Origin: Rhynchobatus australiae
Lineage: Eukaryota
DNA length: 64,000 bases
Assembly: GCA_034780895.1 (NCBI GenBank)
Contig: JAUZTB010000001.1
Coordinates: 97,219,984 to 97,283,983, forward strand
Direction: 5' to 3'
Position numbers and translations under genes: made by a program. Below the pieces are notes generated by a model. It made no database searches and was not told the DNA's origin. It saw only the letters and a program-made list of their open reading frames with translations. Below are positions 25,165 through 39,304 of this stretch, in pieces (within the stretch, counting starts at the first letter, position 1; every line of letters begins with the position of its first letter).

Positions 25165-26001
25165 TGTTACGAACCAGCAACAAAAGAAACACACCGAGTC
25201 ATGTAAAAGTGTTAAAAGCTACTTTATTAATAACTTTTTATGATAATAAGGAAAATAAAAGTAAAAATGTTAGTGCTAGAAGTAAAAATGTTAAATCTTA
25301 AACATTAACCCCAAAATCTAAACTCGTAGTGTGTGTGTGGCAAACTCCCAAACTCCAGGAATAGTTCTTGAAGTTCAGTTCAGCAAGCCCTAAGGTGAAA
25401 CGTGAGCAAAGGCTTCTTCAACAACCACCATTGACTGAAGACAAAACGTAGATGTAGAGAGAGAAAACAGAGATATTACGAAATCCAAATGTTCCACTTT
25501 GGAACCCATGCGACACCTCAGTGTCTACTCAGCAGTGACTACTCCACCGCATCTGCCTCACCTGAGAGGCACTCGAATCATGGCCGTCCACACAAATACC
25601 TGCTTCCTTCTATAGGCCAACAACAAAGTGAACTCCACCGCTCTGTTCTGAAATATCTGCCACCCTGAAAAGCATCCGAGATGTGGCCGTCCACACAAAC
25701 ATCTGTTTCCCTCTACAGGTTAATGACAAAGTGGACTCCACCGGATTACTCCAAAAATCCATATGTGGATTGTAGTGACAGACACAGTTACTGTTTTTCA
25801 TCCATCAATAGAGACTGGCAGGCTGGCGTCTCTCTCACTCTCTCCTCCTCTCTCCTCTGACTGATTCCAACTGCTTCAAAAACATCATTACATCCTTCAG
25901 CTTCTGTTAACGTAAGCACGCCCCACACACACGCACACGCACACACACGCCACTGCTTTATCTTAAAGGGACATTCACCAATAGCAACCTAGTCCGTAAC
26001 A
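25165..26001 (-). mobile_element. Complete LTR of about 837 bp (Gypsy-like, no internal genes)
   Basis: TG...CA ends with terminal inverted repeat TGTTACG / CGTAACA; tttatt near 25222 gives AATAAA on the minus strand; internal repeat of about 95-100 bp x2 at 25543-25745; followed by ATAT. Confidence 0.75.
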
Positions 26002-27269
26002 ATATTTATTGGAGCTTATTTGATAATTGTCAGAGTGTGCACTTGGAATGAAATTTTATTACTCAGAAGTTAACCTCCACATCGTGGATTTACGAACTAA
26101 GGAAATCTGATCCACAAGCCAGGTAGATAACTTGCATTTACTTGGCTTATAGATCAATGTTGTTAAAGTCCACAGCACCAAGAGAACTCTAATATAAATT
26201 TATTTCTGTAGTTTGAATCTATTCTGCTAAAATGTATGTCATATATATGTGCTGTTCTTAAGCCCTTCATTATTTTATTATTTAAAAAGCAGGCAATATC
26301 AACTAATTAGCAACACAGCAGAATTTTGAAGACGTAAGTAATATAATGATACAGGTTCTAGACTCATGTTGAGAAGTGCCATGTTTTAGAACTTGTATAA
26401 GTATTTAATATTTCCAAGCAGTGCACACTGTGTTAATAACTGAATAAAATCATAAAAATTGATTTTAAAAATCACAATTTATAGATAACAGTTGACTTTT
26501 ATTGTCAAACAAATGTTATGCTTCAATTTTCATTGATGTTGGCAATGATCCACATAATCTTATGTACAAAAATGTCTTGTTTCTTACGTAGACTGAATTG
26601 GCCACATCCACAGAAGTTAGGAACACATTATTAACACATTAACACTCCTATGCATGTCAATGGATGCTTTGCCAAAATTGAACTGTGGAAGCAATGTCTG
26701 CACTGATTCTTAAGCCCATCCAGTAATTCTTGGTTCCAGAATTCAGGTGGCAGTCTGCTGTAAAGTTATATGAAGAGAATTAGCTGTGGTTAACCACTAC
26801 CACTAGTTGGTATTTTTAATGAGTTTGCTTTGCTCACGTTGGTAGTTTTAGTTGTCTGGAAAATATTTGGAGATACAGGAATATTTTTGTGCAGAGGCAT
26901 TAATCCTAGAGGGTAGAAATTCATCCTCAGTTGCTTGCTGTATACATACATATATTAAAGTTGCTGTAGTCAATAGAACTGAATTTTGAAAGCAGAATAT
27001 CCTTTGTAGCCCCTAATTTATATGCACATTAATCGCAAGCAATTAATCACATATTTTGTTCATATAATTTCAGAAATTATGATTGTGCTGGTTAAACTTC
27101 CTGTGGGACTAGAGCAAAAAAGAAAGAAAGGACAGTAAGAAAGGAAGCAGAGAGTTGCTGGTAAAAGAGAGTGAAGAAGGAGAGGAAGCAGAAGGCTTTA
27201 TATTATACAGGTCTTCACAACTGATAATCTTATACTGCGCCGTAGGTTCTGATTGCTAGGGAAAGTATG

Positions 27270-27570
27270 AGCAAGTACATCAGCTCCAAGGACAAAACTA
27301 GTAGTAGTCAAAGCATAAAGTGCTCATAAATCCAATAAAGTATTCAGGAGAAACTCTGTCAGCTAGAGGTTGGTTTAGAATGTGGTAATTGCTACCAAAT
27401 GAAATAATTAAGGTGAATAGCAGGGATGTTTTATATATGTACGTGAGGGAGAAAGTGGTTGAATAATATGTCCTCTGGATTAGATGATCCAAGGTGATGG
27501 GAAGTGCGAATGAGCATTTATATCAGCGTCAACCTTTTGGACCAAGTGAAGTGTTTTGTTCTGTAAATTC
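27270..27570 (+). mobile_element. Old CR1 3' remnant
   Basis: agaggttggtttagaatgtggtaattgctacca...aaggtgaatagcagggatgtttta resembles the CR1 ORF2 end (RVV..WN.LP). Confidence 0.5.
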
Positions 27571-28344
27571 ATTGTAACTACAACACAAATGTCCTTGTCT
27601 GTGGTGATAAAAGTTACCATGGCTCTGAATGTTTGTGCCTCAGGATGACTCCAGATGATATTAGCATCATTTTGCAGTCCACTGCTGACTGCTGTTACAG
27701 CCTACTTTGCTGGACTGAATAAAAATTGTCNNNNNNNNNNNNNNNNNNNNNNNNNNNNNNNNNNNNNNNNNNNNNNNNNNNNNNNNNNNNNNNNNNNNNN
27801 NNNNNNNNNNNNNNNNNNNNNNNNNNNNNNGTCCTGTTTGCGAAGGAGATGGTAAACAAGTAGAAAGTGCTTAATTGCTGGAATTGCAAAGTGTCTTCAG
27901 CTGTAGTTTACACATTCCAGATGATAAGCCTAACCTTTTTGTAAGCAAATGGAGTTTCTTGAAATGTACAGCTTGTGTTAGACTGCAAGCTTGTCTGATT
28001 TCCTGGTAGTTTGCAAGGTGTGTTTAATCTGCACCAGTCCTCAACTGCCCTTCCTCTTTCCATAGATACTATTAGGCTGCAGACAATTTAGCTCATAACT
28101 CACCAGCACTAAGTCATTTTACAATTGATCTTCAGAACCAGGGTTCCATTGTCTCATTGTGTTTGAAGATGTATTTTGTGATTGTCAGAGAGTTTCTAGA
28201 ATCCACCCGGTAGAAGTCGATCCTTTGAGCCACTGCAGGTGGAAGAATTGGAGGTACAGGACACCTTATCCTTCAATTAGCCACCTTCATCCTCATGTTC
28301 CTGTCTAGTGCTCCAGGTGTGCTCTCATCTGCGATAGTTTCTTC

Positions 28345-28640
28345 AGGTAATAGATGGGTCATAAAGGTTTGGTTTCGATGTGTAAAAAGAGTTTGATAGA
28401 AAAAGAAGAAAAGTGGGTAATCAGAAACCATAGATTTAAATAATTAGCAAAAGAGATAGAGTGGGAGAATGAGGAGAAATGCTTTCATGCAGTGAGTCAA
28501 TATGATCTGAAAGGCATTACCTAAAAGCTTGGTAGAAGCAGATTTCACAGGAAGTTTCCAAATGATACAAGAAGAGGCTTGATTTACAAGGTTATGAACA
28601 ACAAGTCAGGGTATAGGACTAAATTGGACTGCTCTGTCAA
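28345..28640 (+). mobile_element. Old CR1 3' remnant
   Basis: atgaggagaaatgctttcatgcagtgagtc...attacctaaaagcttggtagaagcagatt, CR1 ORF2 end. Confidence 0.55.
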
Positions 28641-28644
28641 AGGT

Positions 28645-28880
28645 ATAAAATCAAAATATCAGCAGTTGTTGGAAACTTGAAAGAAAAACAAACATTTTTG
28701 GAAATATTCAGCAGATTTGTTAACATTTGTCGAGAGAGAAGCACAGCCAATGTTTCAGTCACTTTTCTTCAGACCTTTTATCTGATAAAAGATCTTCAAA
28801 CTAAAACATTAACTTTGTATCTCACTCCACAAATGCTGTCTGACCTGCTGGGTGTTTCCAGTAATTTTAATTTTTATCCT
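28645..28880. mobile_element. Palindromic Penelope-end insertion with two diverging hammerhead remnants
   Basis: Left arm ggaaatattcagcagattt...gagagagaagcacag; right arm ctccacaaatgctgtctgacctgctgggtgtttccag. Centre has minus-strand CTGAAGA aaagtgact GAAA (28753-28772) and plus-strand ctgataa...aaaacattaac (28782-28813). Confidence 0.65.
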
Positions 28881-29691
28881 AGCTCTTTCAGAGACTTGAC
28901 AAATAGGACAGACAGAATCACCTTACCTTACACTAGTAACATTCCCTAGTTCCTATGGTACAACATGATCAAATTCCTAACACTTGTTCCATTATCTCAT
29001 TTGAATTATTGCTGCACCAGGGAAGATTTGTTAATATTTCTAACTGAAAATCTCTCACCCTGCTGCTTGATCTCACAATTTTTCACAAGGACAAACCAAT
29101 CTTTTGAAGTAGAGAAAGAATGTCAGTCCCAGAAAGTCACAAGTTAGCTGGAACTGCACTCTGATTGGCCTATGCACCCAGGGATGAAAGTAAATTAAAT
29201 TTCTTACTGGTACAGTTGTTATCACTAATGTTGCTGACTTAACCCATTTGTACTGATTGTACCAGCTACTTTCTTAACAATATGCCATGCCAGACTGTCC
29301 TGACTTACTTTTACCTCCCTCTGCCGCTTATAAACAGTTGTAGTTTCCTGGCTTTACCCGGTCAAGAAGCATTCAAGGTATAGTGATAGGTCACAGTGAT
29401 GCTTCAGATCTAAAAATACAGCATTGCCATGGGGACCGCTTTGAAATATATCACATATGCATTGGTCACATTTTCCTTTCAGAATTACCTATGTGTGAGA
29501 TTAGTCATCAACTTTAAACTTTGTTATGTCTTTTAAGTTTAAAGAAGTTGTGACAGATAACCAATTCCCATGAAAGTGGGCCAAGAGTTAAACAAATGCA
29601 ACCTACTGTGAAGTAACTTGCATTTTTGAGATGTGTTTGAAGCTATATCAAATGCAATCTTTCATTCTTCATTCCCATACATTCCCCCTAT

Positions 29692-29860
29692 GGGCGGCAC
29701 AGTGGTGCAGCTAGTGGAACAATCCGATTAGAACCTGGGGGAGGGGGGGATCTGATGGGAATGTGGGGAGGATAAAATGGGATTGATGTAAGTAGATGCT
29801 TAATGATCATCATGGACACAGTGAGCTATAGGGCTTGTTTCCATGCTGTATGACTCTATC
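29692..29860 (+). mobile_element. Internally deleted tRNA-derived SINE
   Basis: gggcggcacagtggtgcagctagt head joined to the 3' body and the tail gggcttgtttccatgctgtatgactctat. Confidence 0.7.
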
Positions 29861-32413
29861 ATTGTAGATGTCACTCTTCTCCCTCATCTTTATTACCTCA
29901 AGTGAGAGAGGCACAGAACTGATCACATCTGGTGTATAGCTGCTCTTGTCATCCATTGCCAGTTTACAATTGACCACCTCTGCCAAATCCACCCATTTTT
30001 TTCATGATCATCCTTGATAAGCAGGGCTTCTTGTTTTTGCAATTATTTACCTCCTTAAACTGTTCTTCCCTATCTCTCCCCTTTTAGCTCCAGCAATGTG
30101 GGTAATTCATTGATCCTTTTGTTTCCAGAATAGTGAAAACTGCCTTCAGTTTGGCTTCCTTGACCATTCTCTCCAGCTGGAATCATTGACTGACCAATCA
30201 TGCCATTCACTTCTCAGCTTGCCAAACTTGTTCTTCCCATGAGCGTTGCCACTCTTCTGTAATCCACTCCTATCCTATTCTTGACCGCTGAACTACTCCT
30301 CTTGACCCATGCTAGCTAACACTTACAATAATTCCCTGTCCATGGGACACCATCCTTATCAATTACCAATGCCAACAAAATGTTTTTTCTTGATTGTGTT
30401 GCCCTTCTCATTTACTGCCTATTTCATTCTTACTTTCAGTTGACAATTCTCCCGCAACAGCAATAAAAGTAGTCCCAAACAGGACACACTGTTTTCCAAC
30501 AAACTCATGGATTGCATAGATTTCTAACTCTGCAACAGACTAGCCTGAATTTTCCAGTTGTAATAACAATGAAATTGTAAGTATTTAATATCATTGAAAC
30601 AGGAAATTTTCTGTAACTTCAGGATATCTGCACTGGAAACTCATGAAGTTACAGTCAACTCTCTTCCAAAGGGTGTGTTGTTCAGCAGCGGTCTTCACTG
30701 CTGGCAACGGAAATCAGTTGAAGTGACAAAAAATATCCAACTGTAAAATAACTTGAAATGTTACACATTGCTGTATGAGGTCTCAGTGAGTCTTTTTTTA
30801 ACCCATAATTACAATGTAACAAGCTTCCTGACCCCAAAAATATCTAATTTTGTGCATGTGGATTGTAATTTCCATACATGTTTCAAAATATAATAGATGT
30901 TAAGTTAATAAAATTATTTATCCTGTTCACTTTTACTATTTTGCCTTCTTTCTCAATCTTAAATGTATATTCCAATATTTATTAAACATTCTGTAAACTA
31001 CATAAAATAGCAGCTAAAAATTGTGCCTTTTCCTTCCTGGTTTGCTATGTCTAAAAATTCTTTACTGGTATTCGCTCTTTAGCCAGTGTGATGCTGTCAC
31101 AGCTGTGGAACCTGGTGTCTCTTAGCAACCAATGTCAAAAAACTGGAGTTCACACTGCAAAGCTGGCTAAATTTTTGTGAACACTGTTACTTAACCCTGG
31201 CTCATAAAATAAACTATTAATTTTTAAATCTCTAAATTCCTGATGTCATTGTCAGCAGCTTTGTCCAGCCTTATACATTTCAGCATCTGAATATCTTCTT
31301 TCTGCAATGCCATTATATTTTGCTCACCCCTCTATCTCCACAACACACCCACCCACCACTACCAATCCAACTGACCACTGAACCCTTTCCTGTCTCAACA
31401 TCAGGCTTTGTGCTGCCCAAACTTTACCAGCTGGAATTTTATCCTTAAATCTTTCTACACTGCAGTTCTTTCACCTCCTATGAAAACATCCTCAAAAACA
31501 TGTGACACCTTTTTTATTGTCCACCCATATTAATCTTTCAATTTCTGGCTTGGCATCTATACAATTTTCTTGCAGTGATATTTTTTTTAAACAGAAGATG
31601 ATAACTCAATGGAACCTGTAGATTTGTCAACTGTAAGTTAGATATATATCAATACATTCACAGGATTCACTCTTAAGTATGATGTATATAAATACTATAA
31701 AATGTTAACCATAAGAATAGTTACTGTAAATCATTATTTGAATTGGTAAATGTAATTACAAGGCATAGATTATTATTGTCTATTTAAGAAATTTAATTCT
31801 GGTTCATGGACACAATCAATATCTCACATAAGTGATTANNNNNNNNNNNNNNNNNNNNNNNNNNNNNNNNNNNNNNNNNNNNNNNNNNNNNNNNNNNNNN
31901 NNNNNNNNNNNNNNNNNNNNNNNNNNNNNNNNNNNNNNNNNNNNNNNCCACCAGATTTTATTTATTCCTCATTCTAAAGACATTTGGTGTATGTATAGCA
32001 CCTTCACTGTTGTTCTTATTGAAGTTATCCCAACTGGTTAGACCATCTCCCTTATATCTTTATTGAACTTTATATATTGATATACTGTCAAATATCAGAC
32101 CACTAACACGTTTCATTTTCATTTTTATGCATTTAAGCAGTGAAATTCTATAAATGCGATAATTCATGGGAAGCATCAATAAACAACCACAAAAGCTGTT
32201 GGGTTGCTGCTTATTGACACCCTTTGAGGAAAGAATATCACTCTAGATTGGTCTCCATTACCACATAATAGTCAACTCTTAATGCACTTGTTGCAACTCA
32301 AAATATGGAACTAGTAATTGTTTTACCACCTTTACTCACCTCCCAGGAATGTCTTCTTTGGAGTTCTTCTGTGCCAAATATTATACGTTCATGAAATTCT
32401 ATTTTAATTACAG

Positions 32414-32501
32414 ATTGTAAAGTTACTGGATGGCAAACGCTCTCAAGCAGTGGGAATTCTGATATCAAGTCTGCATCTAGAAATGAAAGATATACAGCAA
32501 G
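32414..32501 (+). CDS. FMN1: Formin-1-like coding exon 2 of 7 (FH2 knob)
   Basis: ttacag|ATT...CAAG|gtaagt, 88 nt: [29 protein letters not shown] plus 1 nt. LLDGKRS and [15 protein letters not shown] are FMN1-type as I recall them (FMN2: LLSNKRS, ILMSSLHLDMKDIQH). Confidence 0.96.
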
Positions 32502-32549
32502 GTAAGTTTTGTATGTTTGAGCAATATAGAAAAATTCATTTTTTTTACT

Positions 32550-32762
32550 TAGTCATAGGGTCATATAGCACAGAAACTGGCCCTTCAGCCCAACTCATCC
32601 ATGCTGACTCTGTTGCCCAGTGAGTTAGTCCCATATGTCCACATTTGGCCCATAGCCATTAAACCTCTCCTATCCATGTACTTATCCACTATTTTTGGCA
32701 GCTCATTCCAAATACACATCACCCTTTACATGAAAAAGCTGCCCCTGATGTACCTTTTAAAT
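32550..32762 (-). mobile_element. CR1 3' tail about 50 nt downstream of exon 2
   Basis: agtcatagggtcatatagcacagaaactggcccttcagcccaactcatccatgctgac, reverse complement of the tail seen at 22565-22625. Confidence 0.7.
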
Positions 32763-34269
32763 GCAAAACAATAAGAATGTATCAATATTTTGTGTTTAAA
32801 AATGTAAGTTCAGTGCAGTTTTCTAAGCTTTCTGCTCAAGTTTAAAAATGCAGTCATTCACTTTAACAACATTGCTAGGAATTACATAAGCCTTTATATC
32901 CCATTTCTGAGGAGATTTGACTTGTGGCTTCAGGTTTGTGTTCATTTTAATTTCTAAATTGGTCTGAATTACAATGGTTTAGATGTATTAAAAAATTAAC
33001 ATTTTGCACTAGATACTCCTGTCTTCAAGAAATGTTGCATGAACAATGCATCAGTTTGCTATTTTTGTCCATTTTGCACAATTTTCTTGCCACTTTTAAA
33101 CATCCATCGATATTTCATGTACAATCCTATTTTGTAGGATTAAGTAAGGCAACATTTGATAGATTGATCAGTTTAAATTGTTTCCATTNNNNNNNNNNTT
33201 TTATAAACATGTAGCCATGTATCTAACCTGTCTCATTAACCTAATTTCTAAATTGATATTCTAAGCCTCAAAGATTCTGCAAAGTTTATATCACACAAAT
33301 TGTGTTCAGACGAATGTATAGGGTAATTAAGGGCATGTGACCCACAATTTTACATTCAGCTCAATGGTATTCAAAAAGCAAAATAGAAGTGTTTAACTCT
33401 CAGTTCTATTTAGCTATCACAAGTGAAAAAGTAGACTTTGAGGCCTGGCAATAGAGCACCTCACAAATTTTTTCCAATGTGTCATTACTAGTTTAACAGG
33501 ACCCTGATGTTTGTGTGCTGCCTAACTACTCTTCAAATCCAGTTGGTGGTATCTGTTAATAGCAAAGTCTAACTGTCATCTTATGTCATTTAAGACAAGT
33601 GAGTGATCTATTTATGATGTTTGAGTCCTTGTGTCACAAGGGGTTACCCAACTATAGTGCCCAGTTTCTCTACCTTCCTAAATGGGTTTATGTGCATCAA
33701 AATCCCGTGGCTGTCAAAATGATCCGTGATTTCCTTTGCAGTCTCTGAATACCACATCTGCATTTACTTTTTGAGAATCTTAAATTGAAGAAGTCTAACA
33801 TCCAAATCCTGCATGCTTAACCCTACCTTTCCATTTTCTTTATTTCTACCCCTATTGTTGTTGTTCAATTTTTGAATTTAAAATAAGCATGATGCTCAGC
33901 AGCATTTTTTTGTTTGGATCTGTTCAGCTACTGAAGCTATTGGATTACTTTATTCAAAGTTTGATGTATAATTTACCTAATCCAAATGATGATTTGTCAT
34001 TTCAACAATTTTTGCCTCTTCAGCAATATATTAATAAAATTAAACTTCTGAAAACTTCTAATTTGCATTGTATTATTATATCCATAAATGTGTCTGCTAT
34101 TATGATTAATTGCTGAGGAATTAAACTACAATCCAAGATTCCTTATGAACATAGTTCGTAGCAGCACGGAACATGTTTCTGCATGTGTTCTTTCCTAATG
34201 ATAATATTAATGAATATGAAATCAGTGTTATTTCTTACTCAAAATGTTCCCACCTCAAATATAGAAGCA

Positions 34270-35070
34270 GAAGGAGGATATGCACTAATGTAGAACATGG
34301 AAAGGGAGGCATTCTGTGCATCCTGTCCATGCTGACTAAGTAAAAGCCATTCAGGTTTATCCCATTTCCTAGCTTTTGGTCTGTAACTCAAATTAAATCT
34401 CCCTCCTTTCCATTGCTCCAAGGAAAATAACTGGCATCCAGCTATTTTCTCATCATTACTAAAATTTTGCAGCCATGAAAGCATCTTTTAAAATTTTCCT
34501 TGTGTCCTCCCTCCTGTTCTCACAGTTTCCTGTGGGGTGGTGGCCAGAAATGTTCACATTACGGTAGATGCAGCCCAGTTTCTTTCTTTGTACCGTTCTA
34601 ATATGATCACTCTGTTTTTATATTTTATGCCTTAGCCAATAAAAACCAGTATCCTGTCTGTCTCTTCACCCCCATATCTATCTATCCATTACTTCAAGAA
34701 TCTAGCCCAAGATCCTGTAAGTATCCTAATATTCCCAGAGTATTCCCTTGACTTGTTTACCCCCTACCCCACAAGTATACTTTGCACTTCTCCAAAAATA
34801 ATTCCATTTGCCACTTTGTGACCACCTAACCTGTATGTTTGTGTCTTCCTATGGGCTATAACATTTTTCTTCACTGTCAAGCACACTAGCAATCTTGGCA
34901 TCACCTGCAGACTTCTTAACTGTAGTCCTCAAAGTTCAAATCATTGATACAGTCCACAAAAACCATTAGACCTGTTACTGAGCCCTGTAGAATCCCACAG
35001 CCTTAAAACTTCCATTAACCATTAGTTTTTGCTTTCTCCCAGTGAACCAACAGAAATCCAAGTAGTCAGT
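34270..35070 (-). mobile_element. Old CR1 ORF2 3' remnant
   Basis: Reversed tail near 34290-34340 and ggcatcacctgcagactt (reversed, decayed KFADD) near 34897-34915. Confidence 0.55.
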
Positions 35071-37186
35071 CTCCTTTCTACTAAACTATTCAAAAGACCA
35101 GATAACGGTGACTGAAAAAACCAAAGTATTAAAAATACATTAAAAAATAAGGTCCAATGCCCTGTTTAGTATGAATGAGAAGACAACCTAATTTCTACTG
35201 TTTAATAAATCACACCAAGATATGTGAATGCTTTTTATTCCTAACCTTGCATTGACTATTGAAAAATACTGTTTTAACTTCTGTGTTAACTTAGCCCATG
35301 TTATCAACTGTTGGTGAGAGAGGATTGTTTCATGCCCAGCAGAAACACTAGACGTGTTTATTGTGTTTGGACAGCTGAGCTGTAATGATTGCACACTGGG
35401 TAGAATCTAAATAACATATTAAAGTTAAAAACGTCTCTGTGCTAGTTTACATTTCAGGCCTCAAACCATTGTGTGTGATNNNNNNNNNNNNNNNNACAGA
35501 TTTCTGAGCAAATCTAGAGGTTTAGAAAATATTTTCTTTGTTCTGATTAACTTGTAACATGTGTTCTTTTGAATTTGTCTCAAAGATCAAGGGGTTTAGT
35601 CTGATGAACCTAGGCCAAAACTGGTGCCAGAACAATTTTGCTCATGAATTTTTGGGGCATAAGGGCTCTGCTACTCTCTCAACTGCATGTCAATCCTATC
35701 ACAATTCTCTGCATCATAAATCACACAGTTATTGTGGTATGACAAAGTCAGTCAGACCAGAGGCATCCTCCAGGGAGTGCTCTGTGGATAGTTGACATGT
35801 CTGTTAAAAACTGGCACAACAGACAGGTCACAAAGTTAAGCCCAGAGGGATTTTATCACTGTGCTCATATTCCTCTGGCGAACTGCCTTGGTGACAGTCT
35901 CTGCTGAACTTTACAAATGAAATCTAATTTTGCTTTTCTCTTTTTCCATAAGAAGTATAATCCTTCAGAAAACTTTCCAACTAGACTAATGTAAGCTACG
36001 TTTGACTGGTCCCAGAAAGTCTGAGATGAGTGAGTTTAGTGTAGTTAAAATTATTTTTCCAAGGTCTTTAAATCAATATAGAATGACTTGACAAAGGGGA
36101 GAAAATCAGATTTTCTTTGCTAAATACTGGAAGAAATAATAAACAAAAGAAGTGCTGCTTTGCTGCAGCTACCTGTGGAAAACGTCTTTAAAAAAGTTTC
36201 CATGAGAATCTGCGTTGAATACAGCAGGATGACATATGAGCTTTTATGGATGTGCTAGGCTAAATGTCGTTCGAAAATAATTAAGTTTGTCTTCAGGTTC
36301 AGGACAGCATAAGCTCACACAATTGGTAAATTAATACAACCAAACCAAGAACATGTGGATTCCAAATACTCCATTCATTTTATGTGTCACAGTACATGAA
36401 TTTAGTTAGAAAGTGTTTTAATGTGTGTGCCTGCTAGTTTGTTAAGTGCATGATGCTGATCTGTTTTTTGTCGTCAGTGACGGTTATTATAACCAAATGG
36501 GCACAATGCTACACTAATGATCTTTCTGTATATAAATTCTTGCTTTTGTGAGCGGACACCATAGTGCCACAGGAAAATGTTGCCTTAATTTACCTCAAAA
36601 TAGATTTCAAAAGCCAGACTTGGCTGAGCAACAGTTTTTCTAGTTATAAGAATCCAATAAAATTACCAGCTCTTCACAGCATGTGTCTGCTTCCTTTCTG
36701 TTTATCTCAAAGTTTCAATAAAGTGGAAAATTTGAGCAGACAATATGTGCTTAGATCTCTAATAAGGATTTGTTATCCTTTAGAAAGCTATCAGTCTACA
36801 GTGTAATTGAACAGCATTTTGTGGAAGCAACATATTAATTTATCTTGGAAAACATATAACATTTTCAGTGCCAGGGACAACTTTTACGGTTAGTTTCCAT
36901 GTCTTAGAAGATTAGACCAATATGATTTACAATGACAATTAAGAGAAATGCATTATTTTAATCGTACTTGAGTTACTAATTCTGATATATCAGTAACGGT
37001 CTTTTAAAATGTTGGTGCATTCTATGAACCATGGCCTGTGACATTAAAATAGTGAAAAATTAATTGTCTTGTTTATATGAGATATATGTAGGATTCCAGT
37101 GAATAAGCAGTACTAGTGCAATGTGACAGTACGTTGAGCATTGCCAATAAATTTGATTTAATGTGCTATTTAATGTGTAATTTCAG

Positions 37187-37248
37187 CTATTTTAAATCTG
37201 GACAACTCAGTAGTGGATTTGGAGACCCTTCAGGCCTTGTACGACAAT
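37187..37248 (+). CDS. FMN1: Formin-1-like coding exon 3 of 7
   Basis: tttcag|CT...AAT|gtaagt, 62 nt: (A)ILNLDNSVVDLETLQALYDN; phase matches the previous exon (G+CT = Ala). Confidence 0.95.
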
Positions 37249-39304
37249 GTAAGTACTGATGCCACTGAAATAATAAATGCATTATAGTCTCTGAAAATGT
37301 AATGCAGAAAATAATTGAATCCACTTGGCATATTAGTATTTAATTATTTTTAGCTTGGTGTTGGATACAGTATAATAGGCAATTACATTTTCATCAGTGA
37401 AGGCAAGGGAAGAGAGATTTTACTTGCTTTTAAATGCATGGAATCAGTAAACTAAGAATTTCAGTTAAAAAAATTCAGTACATTTTACTTTGGGCCCAAA
37501 TTTTCATCATTGTGTTATTGGTAATAAAATGGAAATTTCACTTTTTGAGCTCAGTAAAATGAGATGTATCGACATTTCTGCTGGTTTTAATTTACACCTG
37601 TANNNNNNNNNNNNNNTGGTTGCTCTATTGACCAGAAGGGATTTTGATATTCAGTCACCAATTTGACTATATTATTCAAGGCATTCCACTTAATTGTCAT
37701 TCCATTTAATAGGATAGGCTGCAAAAAAGCTGTCATCTTCCATCCCAAACTTTTGCATAATTTATAAATGTTGCCCTAGCCACGTACAACAAAAACATGG
37801 CTTTGCTGCTGAGCAATGTGCACACTAATAATGTCTGGAGCTTATTGTAATAAATACATATGGATGAGCTGAAACCCAAGATTTACACTCCTATAGCACA
37901 ATGGATAACTAAATGAGGCAAAAGGGGTGCCTTTGGCAGCATCAGCTAATGTGGATGAAATCGAGATGGCCATAGCCCCTTTGAAGACTGACGAGCATGG
38001 AATGATTTATGAGTGGATACTCACCAGGAAGACTCCTCAATGATAGCTGCAAAAAACATTGGAAATCTAAAAGCAATGAACTATTCTTTTCTAGGTTTAT
38101 ATTTCCCTTTGGAGCTGCTGTCATTACTCCCATTCCTCTGCCTTAAGAAATCAGACAATTTTCTTAGACCTTTATGCATCCCAGAATCTCACAGCCCTCA
38201 TCTGCTTCAGTTGGACCATTAAAGTTTTCATATTGTTCATGAGTACATAAACATGCAAGGTTTATTGCAGCTGCTTATAATGCATCAGCCATTCTTTCTT
38301 TCTTCATCCCATGCTTCACCCAAGTTGTCTAAATGAGCACATTAATCTCCTATTCTAACGTTTTTTTGAGGTAGGCCCTGCAGGCCAGTGATCTCGGAAG
38401 TCACTAGTTGAATTATGCTCCACAGAACTCGAATGCCTGTGCTGACCACCTTCATACAGAAGTCTTCTACTTGATTAATTTTGCCTTGCCTCCAATGTCC
38501 CATCTAAGTGGTACTTGAAAGGGATAATCTTTTGCCTAGGATATGCTTCAGAAACTGAAACCTTGTGCTGGTTGATTTCAGTCAAAACCATTCTGTTTTA
38601 TATTGTGTCTGTTTGAAGAATAGAAGATCTAGTGACTTCTTTTAGTTTCTAAATATATTGAGAAACAGCTCAAAGCACCCAAAAGTCTGCAGACAGCGTT
38701 CTTCATAATCTTTACTGTTCTCAGGTAGGCAATTTGTATTTCTATGGAAACAGAGGAATTCAATGATCCTGGGTCATTCCTGAGATAAAGGACTTCTAGA
38801 ACACCATCTATGTACCTCCAATGCTTTAAAATTGTAAATAAAGTTGTACATCTCAAGGATACACATGTCAGTTGCTCCACATTCACAGAGACTAACCTAA
38901 AGTGCGTGATATTTTGAAACATACTTCTTTTCAGATGAGTCTTGCTAAAGTCTGAATCCCATAAACTCCAAAGGTTTTCCTGAACCTCTCAAGGACACTT
39001 ACTCAACCCTTCTCCCCCCCCCCCCCATTTTTCTCCTTGTTGAATGCGACATCTTGACTTAAATTAACATTTCCACTAGTTTCAATACCTGAGTAGGGAC
39101 ATGAGAATGCAATAAAATTATTGAGGTAAAACTGAGGGAAGCACTAGATGGGGAGAACCAGGCTAGTGCCTTTTATCAGCAGCTCTTGTGGCTTGGTCAT
39201 GATTATCCTTATTATCAGCACCATCAGCATTTGCCAAAATGAAATTTCTTCATACTCTTACCCATCATCATTATTATTGTCATCTTATCTTCATCCACCA
39301 ACTT

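Noticed and set aside
30540-31230. Possible ancient non-autonomous DNA transposon (similar impression at 12570-13200 and 49860-50260)
   Set aside because: I could not define terminal inverted repeats, TSDs or a convincing alignment by eye; needs a repeat-library search.
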